Shown here one piece after another: positions 58,308 to 64,000 of a stretch of DNA of 64,000 nt (positions within the stretch are counted from its first letter, which is position 1; every line of letters begins with the position of its first letter). This stretch comes from an uncultured Fibrobacterota bacterium (lineage in GTDB: Bacteria > Fibrobacterota > CAYVZU01). The position numbers were made by a program, and so were the translations under genes. The notes below the pieces were generated by a model. It was not told the DNA's origin, did no database searches, and saw only the letters and a list, made by a program, of their open reading frames with translations. The DNA is taken from contig CAYVZU010000001.1 in assembly GCA_964455935.1 (NCBI GenBank), positions 55,142 to 119,141 of the forward strand. The letters run 5' to 3'.

Positions 58308-61300
58308 TGCAGGAGCAGCTCGATTTCACCACAAGCGACCACCAGGCGGGTTTCCGCCTGCATCGGTTGGAGGTGTACAACTGGGGGACGTTCCACCACC
58401 GGGTCTGGTCTCTTTGCCTTGATGGCGCGAACTGCCTTCTTACCGGTGATATCGGGTCCGGAAAGTCCACCCTGGTGGACGCAATCACGACGCTGCTGGT
58501 CCCAGCCCACCGAGTGGCTTACAACAAGGCGGCCGGGGCCGAGGCAAAAGAACGGACCCTGCGATCCTATGTTCTGGGCTATTATAAAACAGAGCGCAGC
58601 GAAACCGGACAAGCGGCCAAACCGGTGGCCTTGCGCGACCATAACAGCTATTCGGTGATCCTTGGCGTTTTCCGCAACATTGGATACGATCAGGAAATAA
58701 CCCTGGCCCAGGTTTTCTGGTGTAAGGACCTACAGGGCCAGCCGGCCCGCTTCTTCCTGGTATCGGATGCGGCCCTGACAATCGCAAAGGACTTCGCCGA
58801 TTTCGGCAATGACATCAACCACCTCCGCAAAAAATTGCGCGTAAATCGTTCGATCGAAATCTTCGATGGTTTTTCGCCCTATGCCGCAGCGTTTCGCCGG
58901 CGTTTTGGTATCGTGAACGATCAGGCCCTGGATCTGTTCCATCAAACCGTGTCCCTGAAATCGGTGGGCAATCTTACGGATTTTGTTCGCCAGCATATGC
59001 TTGAAGCCTTTGAGATCGAGCCGCGCATCGAGGCATTGATTGCCCATTTCGATGATTTAAGCCGGGCACATGAAGCCGTTCTCAAAGCAAAGAATCAGAT
59101 TTCCCTGCTCTTGCCCCTGGTGGAGAACTGCGAGAAGCACCGCGACATTGGGCGACAACGGGAGATATGGCGCAATTGCCGCGATGGATTGCGCGCCTAT
59201 TTCGCTTCGCTAAAGGCCGGATTGCTGGAAAAGCGGATGGATCATTTGGAACAAGAGCAGATCCGCCGGTCCTCCAAGATCGAAGCGCTTACAGAGGTCC
59301 ATCGTGCACTGAATGCAGACCGGGACAGTTTGAAACAGGCCATTGCGGAAAATGGCGGGGACCGCCTGGAGCGGATTAAGGCGGAGATCGAGGCCAGGAC
59401 CGGGGAGAAGGAGAAGCGCCGGAAGCGGGCCGAGCGGTATGACGAACTGGCGGGGCAGCTTGAAATGCTCTCCGCCCAAAACCTGGAAGCATTTGCCTCA
59501 AACCAAGCAGCCTTACGGGCAAATCTCCGCGTGAGTGAAACAGCGGAAACCAATTTGCAAAACGCCTTAACCGAGCTTTCGGCGGACATGAAAAACCTCC
59601 GGCAGCAACACGCGAACCTGACCGCGGAAATTGAATCGCTGCGGCAGCGCCAAAGCAACATCAGCGATGCGCAAATTCGAATTCGCCGCCTTCTTTGCCG
59701 GGACCTGAATCTGACGGAAGAGACCATGCCGTTTGTCGGCGAGTTGATCAAGGTGCGCGAGGAAGAGGTTGCTTGGGAAGGCGCAACCGAGCGGCTATTG
59801 CATAATTTTGGACTTTCTCTTCTGGTCCCGGACAGCCACTACTCCAAAGTCGCCGAATGGGTTGAACACACCCATTTGAATGCGCGGCTCGTGTATTACC
59901 GGGTGCGGCGGGAATCAATGGGCGATCAGCCTGAATTGCATCCCGATTCCCTGGTTCGCAAGCTGGCCATTAAGCCGGATTCCGAATTCTACGGCTGGCT
60001 CGAACGGGAGCTGGCGCGGCGCTTTGATTATGCCTGCTGCGAAAGTATCGAGCGATTCCGCCGGGAAAAGGAGGCCGTTACGCGTGCCGGACAGATTAAA
60101 TCCGGCGGCCAGAGACACGAGAAAGACGACCGTCATCGCATCGAAGACCGCAGCCGGTTCGTGCTGGGCTGGAACAATCAGGCCAAGATCGCCGCTCTGG
60201 CCGGGCAGGCCGGACATCAGGAAAAACGAATCCAGGATTTCGCCGGGGAGATCGTCGTCCGCCAAACCGAACTGGAACGAGTAAAAGAACGTCGAATTCA
60301 AATGGCGCGATTGGGCGAGTTCCCCGATTTTGGCGAATTGGAGTGGCAGCCTCTTGCCGTAATAATTGCCGATCTGGAACGGGAAAGGCAGGCATTAGAA
60401 GCGGCCTCGGACATATTAATGACCCTTTCGACGAAGCTGCAGGCCGTCGAGGAAAAAATCGGGGTCGCACAACAGGAGCTTGATGCCGAGAAAGAGGCTC
60501 GGGCCAAAAACGAGGTGAAGCAGGAACAGGCCCGGCAGATGCTGCAATCCTGTCGGACCGTAATCGAATCCATGCCAATCGCGGATCGTGAGTCCTTGTT
60601 TGCCATGCTCGAACCTCTGAGAACGGAGGCGTTGGAGGAGCATACGCTTGGCGTGGAATCCTGCGACAACCGTGAACGGGACATGCGGGACTGGCTGCAA
60701 AGAAAGATCGATAACGAGGACAGGCGGATTCGCGAGCTGGAAGAGCGCATTGTCAAAGCCATGGAGGATTACCGGCATCAGTATCCGCTGGAGACGCAGG
60801 AGGTGGATGCCGCTCTTGGCTCGGCAACCGAGTTCATGGCCATGCTTCAGCGCCTGCGGGCCGACGATCTCCCCCGTTTCGAGCAGCGATTTAAGGAATT
60901 GCTCAACGAGAATACAATCCGGGAAGTGGCGAACTTTCAGTCGCAGCTTGCGCGGGAGCGCCAGACCATCCGTGAACGCATCGAACGGATCAACAAATCT
61001 CTCAAGGCGATCGAATACAATCCCAGGCGGTTCATTGCCCTCGAAGCCCAGGCCAACCAGGATCCCGAGGTGCGGGATTTTCAGGAAAATCTGCGCGCTT
61101 GCACCGAGGGAGCGCTCACCGGCTCCGAAGATGAGCAATATTCCGAGACAAAGTTCCTGCGGGTAAAGTCTATGATCGAACGCTTTCGGGGCCGCGGCGG
61201 CAGCAGTGAACTGGACAAACGATGGACCGCCAAAGTAACGGATGTACGAAACTGGTTCGTATTCGCCGCCTCGGAACGATGGATCGAGGACGGGACCGAA

Positions 61301-61672
61301 TACGAGCATTACACGGATTCCAGTGGCAAGTCCGGCGGTCAAAAAGAGAAGCTGGCCTACACGGTCCTGGCCGCCAGCCTGGCCTACCAATTCGGGCTTG
61401 AATGGGGCGAAACCCGGTCCCGCACTTTCCGTTTCGTGGCTATTGACGAGGCCTTTGGCCGCGGGTCCGATGAATCGGCCCGTTTTGGCCTCAACCTCTT
61501 CCAGCGTCTTAACCTGCAATTGCTGATCGTCACCCCTCTACAAAAAATCCATATCATCGAGCCTTTTGTGGCCGGCGTGGGATTTGTTCACAGCGAATTG
61601 GGCCGTGAATCCATGCTGCGCAATCTCACCATCGAACAATACCGGGCCGAGCGCGAAGCCCGGCGCGCATGA
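58307..61672 (+). CDS. jetC: Wadjet JetC (SMC/MukB-like ABC ATPase)
   Basis: N-terminal Walker [10 protein letters not shown]...[17 protein letters not shown], long coiled coils, and C-terminal signature/Walker [15 protein letters not shown]...QLLIVTPLQ. 1121 aa. Confidence 0.85.
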   Translation: MQEQLDFTTSDHQAGFRLHRLEVYNWGTFHHRVWSLCLDGANCLLTGDIGSGKSTLVDAITTLLVPAHRVAYNKAAGAEAKERTLRSYVLGYYKTERSETGQAAKPVALRDHNSYSVILGVFRNIGYDQEITLAQVFWCKDLQGQPARFFLVSDAALTIAKDFADFGNDINHLRKKLRVNRSIEIFDGFSPYAAAFRRRFGIVNDQALDLFHQTVSLKSVGNLTDFVRQHMLEAFEIEPRIEALIAHFDDLSRAHEAVLKAKNQISLLLPLVENCEKHRDIGRQREIWRNCRDGLRAYFASLKAGLLEKRMDHLEQEQIRRSSKIEALTEVHRALNADRDSLKQAIAENGGDRLERIKAEIEARTGEKEKRRKRAERYDELAGQLEMLSAQNLEAFASNQAALRANLRVSETAETNLQNALTELSADMKNLRQQHANLTAEIESLRQRQSNISDAQIRIRRLLCRDLNLTEETMPFVGELIKVREEEVAWEGATERLLHNFGLSLLVPDSHYSKVAEWVEHTHLNARLVYYRVRRESMGDQPELHPDSLVRKLAIKPDSEFYGWLERELARRFDYACCESIERFRREKEAVTRAGQIKSGGQRHEKDDRHRIEDRSRFVLGWNNQAKIAALAGQAGHQEKRIQDFAGEIVVRQTELERVKERRIQMARLGEFPDFGELEWQPLAVIIADLERERQALEAASDILMTLSTKLQAVEEKIGVAQQELDAEKEARAKNEVKQEQARQMLQSCRTVIESMPIADRESLFAMLEPLRTEALEEHTLGVESCDNRERDMRDWLQRKIDNEDRRIRELEERIVKAMEDYRHQYPLETQEVDAALGSATEFMAMLQRLRADDLPRFEQRFKELLNENTIREVANFQSQLARERQTIRERIERINKSLKAIEYNPRRFIALEAQANQDPEVRDFQENLRACTEGALTGSEDEQYSETKFLRVKSMIERFRGRGGSSELDKRWTAKVTDVRNWFVFAASERWIEDGTEYEHYTDSSGKSGGQKEKLAYTVLAASLAYQFGLEWGETRSRTFRFVAIDEAFGRGSDESARFGLNLFQRLNLQLLIVTPLQKIHIIEPFVAGVGFVHSELGRESMLRNLTIEQYRAEREARRA

Positions 61673-62847
61673 ACATGTGGACGCGCGTTATGGATATCCG
61701 CCTTCGCCTGCGCAGGATGTGGGACAAAGGCGTCTTCCTGCGAACGCGGATATCAGGGGAGGAATTGTTTCCCCTTCGCCTGATCTTAAAACACCCAACC
61801 CCGCGTGAACTGGCGGAACGCTTCGCGCAAGCACAAGAATGGATTGCCGCCATTGGCGTTGGCGATAAATCCGAAACCGGAAGCGGCTATGAAGTGGAAT
61901 GGCGGGAAATCAACCATCGACAATTGGGCCGAAACCGGCTTGCCGTGGCTGTACAATTCGAATCCGAGAGCGATGTTCTGGCATTTTTGGGCAAACAAAA
62001 GCAGGCCGATGCTTTCTCACGTCTCGTGGAAAATGCCAGCCGTTCATGTCCGGAGATAATGCCCTGGCTAGCCCGCTATCCCCTGCGCGCCTTGGAGCAT
62101 CTTTCCCAATGGCCACAGCATATGGCGGTATTGGATTGGTTGCGCCGAAACCCACGACCCGGGATTTATATCCGCCAAATGGAAATTCCGGACGTGGATA
62201 CAAAATTCATCGAAACCAACAGAAAGCTACTCTGTGAGTTGCTGGACATGGTTTTGCCGGAATCCTCCATCGACCGCAATGCGGAGGCCGGAGCGTTTGA
62301 GCGGCGTTATGGGTTCAAAGAGAAACCGGCTTTAATCCGTTTTCGTCTTCTGGATCCGGATCTCTATTTAAAGGGCCTTTCGGATCTGGCCATCCCGGCC
62401 GAACAATTTGCGCGATTACATCTCCCTGTCCAGCAGGTATTTATCATGGAAAATGAGATCAACGGTCTGGCTTTTCCCGGCCGCAAAAAGAGCTTGGTGA
62501 TTTTCGGGCTTGGCTACGGCCTCGACCGCCTGGCCGCCGCGGAATGGCTGCGCGCGAAGCAAATTTGGTACTGGGGCGACATCGACACTCATGGTTTTGC
62601 CATGCTGGACCAGGTCCGCCACTATTTTCCGGCCACACAATCCTTATTGATGGATCGAGAGACTCTGTTAAAGCACCGGGCTCTCTGGGTAACGGAAAGC
62701 AGCCCAACGCAACGCGAACTGTCCGGATTAACCGAGGCGGAATTGGCGCTCTATAACGACCTGCGGCGGGACCGGCTTGGGCCTCGAATCCGGCTGGAGC
62801 AGGAAAGAATCGATTTCCGCCGGGTAAAATCCGCGCTTGGCGCGTGA
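61669..62847 (+). CDS. jetD: Wadjet JetD (DUF2220, Toprim/topo-VI-like nuclease)
   Basis: C-terminal toprim-like acidic motifs FIMENE and [10 protein letters not shown]. 392 aa. ATGA-coupled to jetC. Confidence 0.85.
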   Translation: MNMWTRVMDIRLRLRRMWDKGVFLRTRISGEELFPLRLILKHPTPRELAERFAQAQEWIAAIGVGDKSETGSGYEVEWREINHRQLGRNRLAVAVQFESESDVLAFLGKQKQADAFSRLVENASRSCPEIMPWLARYPLRALEHLSQWPQHMAVLDWLRRNPRPGIYIRQMEIPDVDTKFIETNRKLLCELLDMVLPESSIDRNAEAGAFERRYGFKEKPALIRFRLLDPDLYLKGLSDLAIPAEQFARLHLPVQQVFIMENEINGLAFPGRKKSLVIFGLGYGLDRLAAAEWLRAKQIWYWGDIDTHGFAMLDQVRHYFPATQSLLMDRETLLKHRALWVTESSPTQRELSGLTEAELALYNDLRRDRLGPRIRLEQERIDFRRVKSALGA

Positions 62848-62908
62848 TCCCGTCGCATTGAACCCGTTATTCGTCGGTGCGCCTAATACAAGCTCTGTCC
62901 ACCGATAA

Positions 62909-63145
62909 TCACCTCTTCCCATTTCTGGTGGGCAGATGCCTGCGCGCCACGACACGGAAACCGGATTTACGCACTTCGGCTACACACTCCTCCGTGGTCG
63001 ACCAGAAGTATTGTACATCCTCACCAACCACGATATAGGGATCAATACCTTCCAATCTCGAATTCACGCCGGTCAGAAACACTCCGGGACTGCTTTGGGA
63101 CATGGCAAAATTGCAATTAGACTGGAGGACAGTGGCCAAAGGCAT
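62909..63145 (-). CDS. hypothetical small ORF (possible gene remnant)
   Basis: 78 aa with no start context or recognisable family. Lies between jetD and the toxin-antitoxin pair. Confidence 0.2.
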   Translation of the reverse strand: MPLATVLQSNCNFAMSQSSPGVFLTGVNSRLEGIDPYIVVGEDVQYFWSTTEECVAEVRKSGFRVVARRHLPTRNGKR

Positions 63146-63226
63146 AGAGGCGTTAAAGCGCTGAGTTGCGAAGAAGGTGATTAGAAAATGTGGGGGGGGG
63201 CAAAATGCCAGGCGTAATCAGGTAGA

Positions 63227-63589
63227 CTACCTGCGAATTCTTAGCTTTCTGTTTTGGTATGTGCAAAAACATCCTGCAAGCTTGGCGGAATATTTGTTTA
63301 TTATTTTCGAAACCACAGCCACCTTCTCTACCCCGGTTGCCTCATCAAGTCGCAGGAGCAAAACGCCAGCGTGCGTCCGGCCGGAATTATAAACGAGCTC
63401 ACCGAAATCCTTGTCCATTGTGACAACCATCCTGTTTTCCAGGACGGCCAGCCTCAAGATTTCCTCATCGGACATCTTTGCATTAAGTTCCCGGACGGAT
63501 TTTACATCGTATCCCGCCCTTACGAGATACTGCTCGACCCTCAGGCCAACGCCGAGATCCACGAGGAATTTAGCAGGCGAACCATTCAT
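63227..63589 (-). CDS. DUF5615 (PIN-like) putative toxin
   Basis: MNGSPAKFLVDLGVGLRV...LAVLENRMVVTMDKDFGEL is the DUF5615 fold, paired with DUF433. Confidence 0.7.
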   Translation of the reverse strand: MNGSPAKFLVDLGVGLRVEQYLVRAGYDVKSVRELNAKMSDEEILRLAVLENRMVVTMDKDFGELVYNSGRTHAGVLLLRLDEATGVEKVAVVSKIINKYSAKLAGCFCTYQNRKLRIRR

Positions 63590-63590
63590 T

Positions 63591-63824
63591 CTACTTGGCC
63601 ACTTCGAAGACCTGCTCCTCGCTCACCAACTCGGCAGCGTATTGCAGCACGGCCTGGATATCCTCTTTTTCGAGTTCCGGATAATCTTCGAGCAAATCCG
63701 GAACTGGTACGCCATTGGCCAAAGCTTTCAAAATCTGCTCTACGGTGATCCGCAAACCGCGGATGGTGGGTTTGCCAACCATAACCTTCGGGTCGACTGT
63801 GATGCGAGAAAGGAGATCTACCAT
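63591..63824 (-). CDS. DUF433 putative antitoxin
   Basis: VMVGKPTIRGLRITVEQILKALANGVPVPDLLEDYPELEKEDIQAVLQYAAE is the DUF433 core. Its stop is adjacent to the DUF5615 start. Confidence 0.7.
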   Translation of the reverse strand: MVDLLSRITVDPKVMVGKPTIRGLRITVEQILKALANGVPVPDLLEDYPELEKEDIQAVLQYAAELVSEEQVFEVAK

Positions 63825-64000
63825 TTTTTGCCTCCGCTTACGCCTGGTTCCACTCAGGGTAGCATTCTAAATATACCGAAAATTCGCCGGGTCTACCAAT
63901 TGTCGGAAACATTGGGGAAACCGTTATCAAAAAGCAGAACGGCCAATTCACCGGAACCAATTCGCTCCAGCCAGCAGGATATCCGGGGCTATCCGGTGCC

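Noticed and set aside
1-64000. CRISPR array, rRNA or tRNA genes
   Set aside because: No regularly spaced direct repeats with unique spacers were seen. No stretches matched rRNA conserved regions or tRNA T-arm/anticodon architecture on visual scanning, though a computational tRNA scan would be more reliable.

Overview
High-GC (~60%) bacterial chromosomal segment with several lower-GC (~45-50%) patches that look horizontally acquired. A T9SS-type C-terminal sorting domain, a PorV-like outer-membrane barrel and weak or absent Shine-Dalgarno sites suggest an FCB-superphylum or candidate-phylum organism, but this is inference only. Left to right the window holds: housekeeping genes (era, manA, yraN, gmk, dnaA, fba, galK, aroA, aroB); a eukaryotic-type Ser/Thr kinase next to an FHA-FHA-ABC exporter (PknF/Rv1747-like pair); a cell-envelope cluster (transferase-phosphatase fusion, NHL propeller, RlpA); two tandem paralogous cNMP-binding proteins; a LacI-controlled sugar isomerase operon with a kinase remnant; a Tad/Flp pilus locus of about 13 kb interrupted by a 1204-aa BNR-repeat surface protein and a PorV-like barrel; a TetR-controlled RND efflux operon; and a defense island carrying a nucleotidyltransferase cassette, an HExxH lipoprotein, DUF2442, a complete Wadjet JetABCD system preceded by an unannotated translationally coupled small ORF, and a DUF433/DUF5615 toxin-antitoxin pair. 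No rRNA, tRNA or CRISPR array was recognised by eye. Many of the long ORFs in the six-frame track are antisense artefacts of the high GC content and are not reported as genes.
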